64,000 nt of DNA from Methanobacteriota archaeon (lineage in GTDB: Archaea > Thermoplasmatota > Thermoplasmata > SG8-5 > JAGLSY01). The DNA is taken from positions 97,765-161,764 of the forward strand of contig JAEHCO010000004.1 of the NCBI GenBank assembly GCA_020697715.1. The letters are read 5' to 3'. Below are positions 10,102-18,837 of the stretch, one piece after another; position 1 is the stretch's first letter; each line of letters starts with the position of its first letter. Under the pieces are notes generated by a model. It was not told the DNA's origin. It did no database searches and saw only the letters and a program-made list of their open reading frames with translations. The position numbers and the translations under genes were made by a program.

Positions 10102-11769
10102 CTAGCTCAACCCAACAATATTCCCTGCGTCATCCATATCAATGAATTCAGCTGCTGGCTTTCTCGGCAGACCTGGCATCGTCATAATTTCTCCAGCTAT
10201 CGGAATAACAAAGCCAGCTCCGGCACTTAGGCGAACCTGTCTGATGTATAGCTCGAAGCCTTCAGGTGCTCCCAGGAGCTTTTTATTGTCAGAGAAAGAA
10301 TACTGGGTCTTGGCAACGCATAATGGCAGGTCGCGGTATCCCATGGCCTCCCATTTTTTGATGTCCTTCTTGGCCTCGGGCGAGAAAACAACTGATTCTG
10401 CTCGATAGATCTTCTTGGCCAGGATATTCATTTTTTCTTTAATACCCATCTCCAGAGGATATGCATAGGCTGGCTTCTTTTCGCCACCTTTGGTCTTTGC
10501 CGTAATGGCTTCTGCAAGGGCCAGTCCACCCTCCGAACCATCCGCATGAACGCGGGTCGGAACGCATTCCGCCCCCATGGTTTGGCAGAGTTCCACGGCT
10601 CTTTTGATCTCAGCATCCGTATCATTGGCGGAGTTCACATTAAGACTGACCACTGGCTCATAGCCAAAAGACCTGATATTCTCAATATGACGCTGGAGAT
10701 TGGGGAAACCTGCTTCGACTGCCTCCACGTTCTCACTGGCCAGGTTCTTCTTCTTCACATTGCCATGATATTTGAGCGCCTTGATGGTGGCGACCAGCAC
10801 AACTCCAGCAACTGGCAAGTCGGAAGTTCTACAGAATATATCCATGAATTTTTCACCGCCCAGATCTGAACCGAAGCCCGCCTCTGTGATGTAGTAATCG
10901 GCCAGGTTAAGTCCCAGCCTGGCCGCTATCAGTGACGACGTGCCGTGGGCGATGTTCGCGAAAGGCCCGCCATGTATCAGAGCGGGGGTATTGTCAATTG
11001 TCTGGACAAGGTTCGGACGGATTGCATCGTTCAGCAGAACCGTCATAGCCCCAGCAGCCTTCATATCGGATGCAAAGCGGGGTGTGCCATCAGTGCTGAG
11101 TCCTATCATTATTCCATCGATCCTCGACCTCAGGTCCTGGTGATCTTCTGCAAGGCAGAGGCAGGCCATCACTTCGCTAGCTGCAGTGATGTCGAAATGA
11201 TCTTCATCGACCATGCCGCCAGTTTTTCCACCGAGGCCAACCACAATGTCGCGAAGTGAACGATCGTTCATATCGATCACCCTTGGCCAGGTGATCTTTC
11301 GAGAATCAAGATGAAGTTCATTATCGAAATGCATACTGTTGTTTATGAGTGCGGAAAGAAGATTGTGGGCTGTTGATATCGCGTGCATATCGCCCGTGAA
11401 ATGTAAATTGATGTCCTCCATCGGAAGCACCTGGCTGTACCCACCGCCAGCAGCTCCGCCCTTTATTCCAAACACAGGTCCGAGAGATGGCTGGCGTATT
11501 CCGACTATCGTATTGTGACCCAGCTTGTTCATCGCCATTGAAAGCCCTATTGCCACCGTGGTCTTTCCCTCTCCAGCCGGGGTCGGGCTCATGGCAGTAA
11601 CCAATATCATCTTTCCCTTGCGTTTCTTGAGGTCGATACCATCTACCATTATCTTGGCCTTATTGTCACCACAATGCAAAATTTGATCACTTGCCAGACC
11701 TGCTTTTTCCGCAATTACATTGATAGGTTCTGGCTTTGCTTCCCTCGCGATCTCGATGTCCGGTTTCAT
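10102..11769 (-). CDS. fhs: Formate--tetrahydrofolate ligase
   Basis: PTPAGEGKTT, GIKGGAAGGGYSQV, HGGPFANIAHG, TEAGFG, MTMPGLP. Confidence 0.97.
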   Translation of the reverse strand: MKPDIEIAREAKPEPINVIAEKAGLASDQILHCGDNKAKIMVDGIDLKKRKGKMILVTAMSPTPAGEGKTTVAIGLSMAMNKLGHNTIVGIRQPSLGPVFGIKGGAAGGGYSQVLPMEDINLHFTGDMHAISTAHNLLSALINNSMHFDNELHLDSRKITWPRVIDMNDRSLRDIVVGLGGKTGGMVDEDHFDITAASEVMACLCLAEDHQDLRSRIDGIMIGLSTDGTPRFASDMKAAGAMTVLLNDAIRPNLVQTIDNTPALIHGGPFANIAHGTSSLIAARLGLNLADYYITEAGFGSDLGGEKFMDIFCRTSDLPVAGVVLVATIKALKYHGNVKKKNLASENVEAVEAGFPNLQRHIENIRSFGYEPVVSLNVNSANDTDAEIKRAVELCQTMGAECVPTRVHADGSEGGLALAEAITAKTKGGEKKPAYAYPLEMGIKEKMNILAKKIYRAESVVFSPEAKKDIKKWEAMGYRDLPLCVAKTQYSFSDNKKLLGAPEGFELYIRQVRLSAGAGFVIPIAGEIMTMPGLPRKPAAEFIDMDDAGNIVGLS

Positions 11770-11908
11770 GGTCTGTGTAAAGTGATTTGAATTAATAAGG
11801 TTTGAGATAGATCATTTAGATAGGTGTCACATTTATAACAAATGAAAGAATTATCCAATTCGTGGTGTGGAAATGAAAGAATTGGATGACAAAGGAGGAA
11901 ATGCTAAC

Positions 11909-13387
11909 ATGCTCATCTATGACGTTATTGCAATCGGATCTGGCTCTTCAATGAACATTATCGGAGCCATGACGAATAAGAACAAGGATCTGAAGGTAGC
12001 TCTTATTGAAAAGGACGAGCCAGGTGGTATCTGCCTGACGCGTGGTTGTATTCCATCCAAGCTTCTGCTCTATCCAGCTGAACTACGCCGAATGGTCGAG
12101 AAGGGACCTGAAATGGGCGTGAACATCCAGATCAAGAGCATGGACTTCGGCAAGGTGATGAAACGGATGCGCGACCACATAGATCCGACAATTGCCAGCA
12201 TCCGGAAAGGACTGACTGCCAGCCCGAATATTGACTATTACACGGATACCGCGGAGTTCATCGCGCCCTACACCCTAAAGGTAGGCGACCAGACCATTCG
12301 TTCCAAGCTCATTTTCCTCTGTATCGGCTCGGAGATCGGCATTCCCCCAATTGAAGGACTGGATGAGGTTGGATATCTGACCAGTGATAGTGTAATAAAA
12401 ATGACAAAACTGCCCGACAGTATCACGATAGTCGGCGGCGGATACATAGCCGCCGAGTACGGTCATTTCTTTTCCGCAATGGGAGCTAAAGTCACCATAC
12501 TGGGTCGTAATGTGCAGTTCATTCCTCAAGAAGAACCCGAGGTAAGCTGGCTTGCCAAGAAGCAGATGTCCGAGCATATGAAGATAATCACAAATCATGA
12601 GGTCTTAAAAGCCGAGAAAGGCGGAGGATTTGGCAGTGGTGGGAAGAAGATACTTGTCGCTAAAAATAGAAAAACTGGCGAACTGATCAAGATCGCCAGC
12701 GATGAAATAATAATCGCCACTGGCCGGGTTCCAAATACCGACCTGCTTCATCCGGAGAAAGCAGGTATCGAGCTGGATAAACATGGCTGGGTCAAAGTAA
12801 ATGAATTCATGGAAACCAACCAGCCAGGCATCTGGGCCTTCGGGGATGCGACTGGAAAACATCTTTTCAAGCATGTGGCGAATTACGAATCAATAATCGT
12901 TTATCGAAATGCCATTTTGAATAAGAGATTCGAGGCAGATTACCATGCGGTTCCCAGCGCGGTCTTCACTTATCCGGAGATAGCCAGTGTCGGAATGAGG
13001 CAGAAGGAAGCGATAGCCAAATACGGCAAGAATATGATATCCATCGGCTTCCAGAAGTTCGAAGATACTGCCAAAGGCCAGGCAATGGGCTCCAAAGGTC
13101 ACTTTGTCAAGGTCATTGTGGAAAACAAGGAAATGAGAATACTGGGGGCGCATATTATCGGCCCCCATGCTTCAATTCTTATTCAAGAAATTATCAATTT
13201 AATGTACACCGAGAGCCAGGATGTTTATCCTATCTACGAGGGCATGCATATTCATCCAGCACTTAACGAGGTAGTCGAGCGAGCCTTCGGTGGCATGATG
13301 CCAGTGGATCAGTATATGCATATGTTGCAGCACTTCATGGGAATTAAACATGAAGAACCTGGCGGGCATCACGGGCACGGGCATTGA
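11909..13387 (+). CDS. Pyridine nucleotide-disulfide oxidoreductase (dihydrolipoamide dehydrogenase/mycothione reductase-like)
   Basis: GGICLTRGCIPSK redox motif, GGGYIAAE, HPALNE; His-rich tail; start taken at MLIYD after a GGAGG SD. Confidence 0.9.
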   Translation: MLIYDVIAIGSGSSMNIIGAMTNKNKDLKVALIEKDEPGGICLTRGCIPSKLLLYPAELRRMVEKGPEMGVNIQIKSMDFGKVMKRMRDHIDPTIASIRKGLTASPNIDYYTDTAEFIAPYTLKVGDQTIRSKLIFLCIGSEIGIPPIEGLDEVGYLTSDSVIKMTKLPDSITIVGGGYIAAEYGHFFSAMGAKVTILGRNVQFIPQEEPEVSWLAKKQMSEHMKIITNHEVLKAEKGGGFGSGGKKILVAKNRKTGELIKIASDEIIIATGRVPNTDLLHPEKAGIELDKHGWVKVNEFMETNQPGIWAFGDATGKHLFKHVANYESIIVYRNAILNKRFEADYHAVPSAVFTYPEIASVGMRQKEAIAKYGKNMISIGFQKFEDTAKGQAMGSKGHFVKVIVENKEMRILGAHIIGPHASILIQEIINLMYTESQDVYPIYEGMHIHPALNEVVERAFGGMMPVDQYMHMLQHFMGIKHEEPGGHHGHGH

Positions 13388-13436
13388 TCAAGTGTAAGAT
13401 GGTATCGAATCCTTGTACATATAGAAAGATTGAAAA

Positions 13437-13793
13437 CTACTTATTTTCAAGAATGAAAAGTATGAAGTTATAAAGAATATAAAGCATCAAGAGACACCCC
13501 AGCACCGCCATGACCAGTAAGATTGTGTATGAACCGGTGAAGTACAAGCCTGGTTCGCTTGCCCCCAATGCCATTCCCATATAGAAATAATTCCCGATGA
13601 ACCAGATCATGAACACAATAAATGCAATAGCCAGTGATGATCCAATGATAATGGTTTTATTAGAATATTTAACAGGGATCTCATTGCCACGCCTGAAATT
13701 TAGTGCCACCATATTAGGACTTGATCCAATATATCGATCTTTCATGTTGGGCTTTGCTCTCATCTTCACCACATTACACAATCGATATCGCAT
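13437..13793 (-). CDS. Small hypothetical membrane protein
   Basis: Two TM segments; start uncertain. Confidence 0.45.
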   Translation of the reverse strand: MRYRLCNVVKMRAKPNMKDRYIGSSPNMVALNFRRGNEIPVKYSNKTIIIGSSLAIAFIVFMIWFIGNYFYMGMALGASEPGLYFTGSYTILLVMAVLGCLLMLYILYNFILFILENK

Positions 13794-13844
13794 TATTTAG
13801 ACTTTGTTGTACAGGATTTTGTGAATGGCCTTATTATATAATCT

Positions 13845-14384
13845 CTATTTTATATATGTGTGTGAATTTAATAATAAGACATCCGCGAACAGATCCGCCG
13901 CATCCTGGAGGAATTTCTCATCCTCCTGAGTGAAGGGATCAATGAGGTGGGAATCGATATCCAGCTCACCGAGGAACTTATCGCCTTTCATGATGGGAAC
14001 AACGATCTCGGACTGGACTTTAGGGCTGCATGATAGATAATTTGTTACTTCGCACACATTGGGAACAACATATATTTTCTTTGTTTCCGCACTCTGTCCG
14101 CATATACCCTCGCCAAATTGGATGTTCACATGCTCGGTGGGGTCGCCCACATAGGGGCCGAGATAGAGACATCTGTCCTTGTCCGGGCACACGAGATAGA
14201 AGCCCACCCAATCATAATATCCGATCTTATTCATGATGAGCTGGCATGTATCCTGCATCTTGTCCCTGACATCTTCAGGACTATCGACAATAGCGGCAAT
14301 ATCATCCAGTAGTCTCTTGAAAAGGATACGTTTATCCTCGGGTTCCATCCTGTGCACTTCTGTATCTGTTCTATTCTCTTTCAT
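13845..14384 (-). CDS. GAF-domain protein, free methionine-R-sulfoxide reductase-like
   Basis: WVGFYL, LGPYVG, GEGICG, SEIVVPI, ELDIDS. Confidence 0.88.
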   Translation of the reverse strand: MKENRTDTEVHRMEPEDKRILFKRLLDDIAAIVDSPEDVRDKMQDTCQLIMNKIGYYDWVGFYLVCPDKDRCLYLGPYVGDPTEHVNIQFGEGICGQSAETKKIYVVPNVCEVTNYLSCSPKVQSEIVVPIMKGDKFLGELDIDSHLIDPFTQEDEKFLQDAADLFADVLLLNSHTYIK

Positions 14385-14739
14385 ATTTTTCTCCTCCTTC
14401 TGTGATATTATCCCATGTCTCCATCGCCCTTCTAAGGTGGGGGATGGTTATTGTCCCGCCGACTATCACACCGATAGCCAGTGCCTCCTCCATCTCCTCG
14501 GATGACAGGCCTTCCTCATGGCATCTGATGATATGATATTTTATGCAGTCATCACATCTCAGAACAAGAGATGCGACCAAACCAAGCATCTCTTTTGTTT
14601 TGGCATCGAGCGCACCTTCTTGGTATACCTGATTATCAAGGCTGTAGAATCTTTTCAGAGGCTGGCCAGCATATTTCATGACTATCTCATTTAATCGATC
14701 TCGCTCCTTGCTGAACTCATCCGCCTTGTCCGAAACCAT
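14371..14739 (-). CDS. Carboxymuconolactone decarboxylase/AhpD family protein
   Basis: GALDAKTKEM, LRCDDCIKYH. Confidence 0.88.
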   Translation of the reverse strand: MVSDKADEFSKERDRLNEIVMKYAGQPLKRFYSLDNQVYQEGALDAKTKEMLGLVASLVLRCDDCIKYHIIRCHEEGLSSEEMEEALAIGVIVGGTITIPHLRRAMETWDNITEGGEKYERE

Positions 14740-15020
14740 GAATGGTGAAAGGCGTGGGATTTAGAAATAGTTTTGGTATTTTGATGTAATTTGTCAGATT
14801 TTTTGATATTCTAAAGATTTTTAAGGCGCATTGAGGCTATATTTACCATAATTCATCCACAATCCTTTTATACAGTATCTATATTGGAGGCTTTCCTACA
14901 GAGGTATATGGATGCGAGAACGAAGTGATTGCATTCGGAACTTCGAAAGGATTCGAAGTTTCAAATGTGTGAAACAAGTTCACTCATTCGAAATCTCAAC
15001 ATGAAATGGAGAGATTAAAC

Positions 15021-15401
15021 ATGGCATTGTGGCAAGGACGATCCTCAAGAAAGCAGTCAGGTGGCAAATACAGACCACACAGAAGCAAGAAGAAGCATGA
15101 GATATCCACGGAATTTCAGTTCTCAGTAATTGGCGATAGGTCATCCAAGAAATACAGAACCCTGGGTGGTAACTCCAAGAACAAGGTCTTGTCTGCTCAG
15201 AAGGTGAATGTATTCGACCCAAAGAAGGGAAAGGTCACCAGAACCGAGATATTGACTGTGACAGAAAACCATGCCAACCCAAATTACGTTCAGAGGAACA
15301 TCATCAATAAGGGTGCTGTTATCCAGACAGAATTGGGAGATGCAAAGATCACTTCAAGAATGGGACAGGACGGCGTTGTCAATGCAGTCCTTATAGAGTA
15401 A
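15021..15401 (+). CDS. rps8e: 30S ribosomal protein eS8
   Basis: MALWQGRSSRKQSGG...NPNYVQRNII...GQDGVVNAVL. Confidence 0.97.
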   Translation: MALWQGRSSRKQSGGKYRPHRSKKKHEISTEFQFSVIGDRSSKKYRTLGGNSKNKVLSAQKVNVFDPKKGKVTRTEILTVTENHANPNYVQRNIINKGAVIQTELGDAKITSRMGQDGVVNAVLIE

Positions 15402-15411
15402 GGGTGCGGAC

Positions 15412-15702
15412 ATGGTCAGTACCAGGTCAAAGAACATAATACTCTGGCCCACATATTTTGATATAAAGAAAAGTAGAGATGAGGGACGCCGAGTTCCTAA
15501 AAAACTTGGCGTAGATACCCCATCAATAGAAGATATTCATAAAGCAGTTAAGAAGCTTGGCCACAAGGCAAGGATGGAAGCTGATAAATCCCATCCTGGC
15601 TCACCCACAGAGCATGAAGGACGGGTGCTTGTGGAAAAGGAAAAGGACGGCATCAAGAAAACAGAGCTCATACATCTTGTCGCTGCTGAACTGGCTAAAT
15701 GA
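15412..15702 (+). CDS. srp19: Signal recognition particle 19 kDa protein
   Basis: ILWPTYFD, SRDEGRRVPK, GRVLV; conserved position after rps8e. Confidence 0.93.
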   Translation: MVSTRSKNIILWPTYFDIKKSRDEGRRVPKKLGVDTPSIEDIHKAVKKLGHKARMEADKSHPGSPTEHEGRVLVEKEKDGIKKTELIHLVAAELAK

Positions 15703-15896
15703 TATCTGAGATTTATTAGTAGTATCTGGCACATATAATTGAGATCTTAGAAGATCATTGATCATATTGTATACAATTTCAATTATGAATAACGGATAAT
15801 ATCGTATAAGCCACAGATCATATCATAATTTATGATATTCGCATTAAGTTTATCACTAGGCTCAAAATGAATAAACTATCCAATCATCTGTTTTGA

Positions 15897-16187
15897 TCAT
15901 CGGTCCTGGGGTGTTTCTACCTCTTCAACCAGCTTCTTTCCAGATGATACACTGTCAATAGAATGTACGACTGCACCGCAATCCTTTATGACTGAATTTA
16001 CCTGGTCGAAATCGATCTTTGGTCCATCAATAGTTATCTTAATGCTCTCGGTCTCCTGATCCACCTCATCAAGGGCGCAGTTAACACCTGCAATACCCTC
16101 GAGCGCGCTCAGGCGACGAGATACTTCTATTATCGACGGACTATGTGGTTTCAACACATCCAATACCAAACGTTTTATGTCTGACAA
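15897..16187 (-). CDS. DUF211 family archaeal protein
   Basis: [12 protein letters not shown]...GAVVHSID. Confidence 0.85.
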   Translation of the reverse strand: MSDIKRLVLDVLKPHSPSIIEVSRRLSALEGIAGVNCALDEVDQETESIKITIDGPKIDFDQVNSVIKDCGAVVHSIDSVSSGKKLVEEVETPQDR

Positions 16188-16344
16188 TACTATTCACTCC
16201 CGACACAATGGTCGATATTATTCAGATAGTGGAACTGGTATTTTAAGGTTTTGAAATAATAACAGAGTGACCAAGGGCGATATTTTGATCACATTATAAA
16301 AAATTAGGAATGTAAACTATATACCATCAGAGAGTGATGATGTA

Positions 16345-17352
16345 TTGATGAAAGAAGATCACAAGCATGATCATGGAGATGACGATCCAAATAACCATGA
16401 CCATTCTGAGAGTCATGGTCATTCCCACAGTCATAACCACAACCATGGAATTGGTGGTAGTGGCAATATTGAGAAAGGGCTGAAGTTCGCAATAGTCCTG
16501 ACCTTCGTTTTCTTCGTGGTCGAGATAATTGGCGGATTCATGTCCAGTTCTCTTTCATTGCTTGGAGATGCTGGGCACATGCTTCGCGATGTTTTCGCGC
16601 TAATGCTTTCCCTGGGCGCAGTGGGACTCGCCAGAAAGCTCCCGTCCAAAACAAAGACCTTTGGCTATCACAGAATAGAGGTCTTCGCGGCCTTTATCAA
16701 TGGTATATTTCTGATAATCATCAGCTTCTGGATATTCATCGAGGCCTTTCAGAGATACTTCGACCCAGAGCCCATCGAGAGCGGGATAATGTTCATTGTC
16801 GCCGTTATTGGGCTTATCGTCAATATCATCATCGCCTTCAGCCTACATGGCAGTGATGACCTGAATGTCAGAAGTGCTTTCATTCATGTTCTGACCGATC
16901 TTATTTCTTCAGTAGGCGTGATAATCGCCTCGGTCTGGATATACTTCACTGGCCAGACCATCGTGGACCCCATAGTGGGGTTTGCCATAGCGATCTTCAT
17001 CCTGGTATCCTCGATAAAGATAATTCGCGAATCCGTTCATATTCTACTGGAATTCACACCACCTGGTATTGATTTCGATGATGTCGTGAAGGACATCCAG
17101 TCCGTCAAAGGAGTTGAGGATGTGAACAATGTTCATTTGTGGAGCCTGTGTTCGCATATCAATGTCGTGGACGCGCATGTTCTGACCAATGCCAGTGATC
17201 TGCATGAGGTGGAGCAGATCAGTAAAGACATCAAGGCTAAACTTCAAAAATACAATGTCAAGCACGCGACCCTGGAATTCGAATGCGAGGCATGCGATGA
17301 ATGCCAGAATGGCTGTGTCATCGATAGTAAAGTAAAGGTAATGGAACATTAA
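16345..17352 (+). CDS. CDF transporter, CzcD/ZitB type, His-rich N-terminus
   Basis: SLSLLGDAGHM, TFGYHRIE, NVRSAFIHV, HLWSL, HATLEFE. Confidence 0.92.
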   Translation: MMKEDHKHDHGDDDPNNHDHSESHGHSHSHNHNHGIGGSGNIEKGLKFAIVLTFVFFVVEIIGGFMSSSLSLLGDAGHMLRDVFALMLSLGAVGLARKLPSKTKTFGYHRIEVFAAFINGIFLIIISFWIFIEAFQRYFDPEPIESGIMFIVAVIGLIVNIIIAFSLHGSDDLNVRSAFIHVLTDLISSVGVIIASVWIYFTGQTIVDPIVGFAIAIFILVSSIKIIRESVHILLEFTPPGIDFDDVVKDIQSVKGVEDVNNVHLWSLCSHINVVDAHVLTNASDLHEVEQISKDIKAKLQKYNVKHATLEFECEACDECQNGCVIDSKVKVMEH

Positions 17353-17358
17353 GGTTCG

Positions 17359-17868
17359 ATGACAGAAAAGATTATCAGACCATATCAGCCCGATGATCTG
17401 CTAGCATGCAGGGAATTATGGGTGGTACTCACCCAAAAGCATCGCGACATCTATGACGACCAGACCATTGGAGGAGACGATCCAGGCAATTATTTTGACG
17501 AGCACCTAAAGGAAGCCGGAGCGGAGAATATCTGGCTATGCGAGGTCGATGGCTTGGCAGTAGGCATGACAAGCCTTATCAAGACACCTTATGAAGGATG
17601 GGAGATCGAGCCAGTTGTGGTCAAGCCAGAGTATCGCGGCCAGGGGATCGGAAGAAAGCTCATAGAGTATGTCATCGATGAGGCAAGAAGCAGAGGTCTC
17701 AAATCATTATCTATAAGGCCAGTGTTCAGGAACAAGGAGGCCATTGCCACATTCCACAAGATAGGTTTTGATAAGATCGGAGCCATCGAGCTCTTCATGG
17801 AATTGGGTGAAAAGCCAGGGAACTGGAAGCCTGGCGCAAAGATACATGACCTAGATCTAGAGTATTGA
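17359..17868 (+). CDS. GNAT acetyltransferase
   Basis: VKPEYRGQGIGRKL acetyl-CoA motif. Confidence 0.85.
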   Translation: MTEKIIRPYQPDDLLACRELWVVLTQKHRDIYDDQTIGGDDPGNYFDEHLKEAGAENIWLCEVDGLAVGMTSLIKTPYEGWEIEPVVVKPEYRGQGIGRKLIEYVIDEARSRGLKSLSIRPVFRNKEAIATFHKIGFDKIGAIELFMELGEKPGNWKPGAKIHDLDLEY

Positions 17869-17905
17869 GCATATTTTTATATCCAAAATACCTTGACCAT
17901 AACCT

Positions 17906-18559
17906 ATGACAGATATCCAAGTAATTGATGGCAAGACATTCCAGGCAGGCAAGATACTGTGCCTTTTGAGAAGCTATGCAGCACATGCGGAAGAGATGGG
18001 CAATGCACCGTCTGTCAAGCCAGACTTCTTTCTCAAGCCCTCATCGGCAATTATATTTCACGATGAGAATATAATTATACCGCCTCAATCCGAGGAAGTA
18101 CATCACGAAGTTGAGCTGGCCGTCCTCATCGGCAAGGGCGGGAGCAATATTCCCGCAAAGCAAGCGGAACAGCACATTGCTGGCTATGGTATTCTGATAG
18201 ATGTGACGGCGAGAGATATCCAAGCCAAAGCGAAGAAGAATGGCAAACCATGGGCCATCGCGAAGGGTTTCGACACCTTCGCGCCAGTCTCTGATTTCAT
18301 GAAGAAGGAGAAGGTGACAGATGTCCATAATTTAGACATCTGGCTCCGGGTGAATGGTGATATTCGACAAATGTCCAATACCTCCAAGCTTCTGTTCAAA
18401 ATACCCGAGATAATAGAATTCATATCAGCCAGGATGACCCTGGAGCCGGGCGATATTATAGCGACTGGCACGCCAGAGGGCGTGTCGAGAATAATGCCAG
18501 GTGATATTGTGGAAGCTGGCATTGATGAGATAGGGATCCTGAAGGTTGGCGTGGAATAA
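17906..18559 (+). CDS. Fumarylacetoacetate hydrolase family protein
   Basis: FFLKP, HHEVEL, DVTARD, AKGFDTF, TGTPEGV. Confidence 0.93.
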   Translation: MTDIQVIDGKTFQAGKILCLLRSYAAHAEEMGNAPSVKPDFFLKPSSAIIFHDENIIIPPQSEEVHHEVELAVLIGKGGSNIPAKQAEQHIAGYGILIDVTARDIQAKAKKNGKPWAIAKGFDTFAPVSDFMKKEKVTDVHNLDIWLRVNGDIRQMSNTSKLLFKIPEIIEFISARMTLEPGDIIATGTPEGVSRIMPGDIVEAGIDEIGILKVGVE

Positions 18560-18663
18560 ATGAAGATGGGAACAAACTTATTAACCCGATAATTACTAAC
18601 AATTGATGATGGAAGAGAAAGTTCAAGCAATTAATGATAGATACATTATGCCTACTGTAGCAG

Positions 18664-18786
18664 CATGCCCCGTCTGGAGCATTTATAGATCATTCATTAG
18701 GGCGGGGTTCGTGACAATACAGCGTGCTCTGATATTCGGAACCCCGTCAGGAGCCCAACGATGGGCGGGGGGATCAAACTTTCTGA
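18664..18786 (+). ncRNA. Structured element, copy A, in the copA 5' leader (candidate ncRNA or non-autonomous repeat)
   Basis: Aligns with the reverse complement of 63306-63449; two GC-rich hairpins with G-U pairs and one compensatory change. Confidence 0.55.
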
Positions 18787-18837
18787 AGTTTAGCCTGCTC
18801 GCTCGACAGGTTGCCAATACCGATGGGAGGCTGAACC

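Noticed and set aside
18699-18708. FMN riboswitch (AGGGCGGGGT start)
   Set aside because: The downstream FMN consensus is absent and the segment pairs in a local hairpin.
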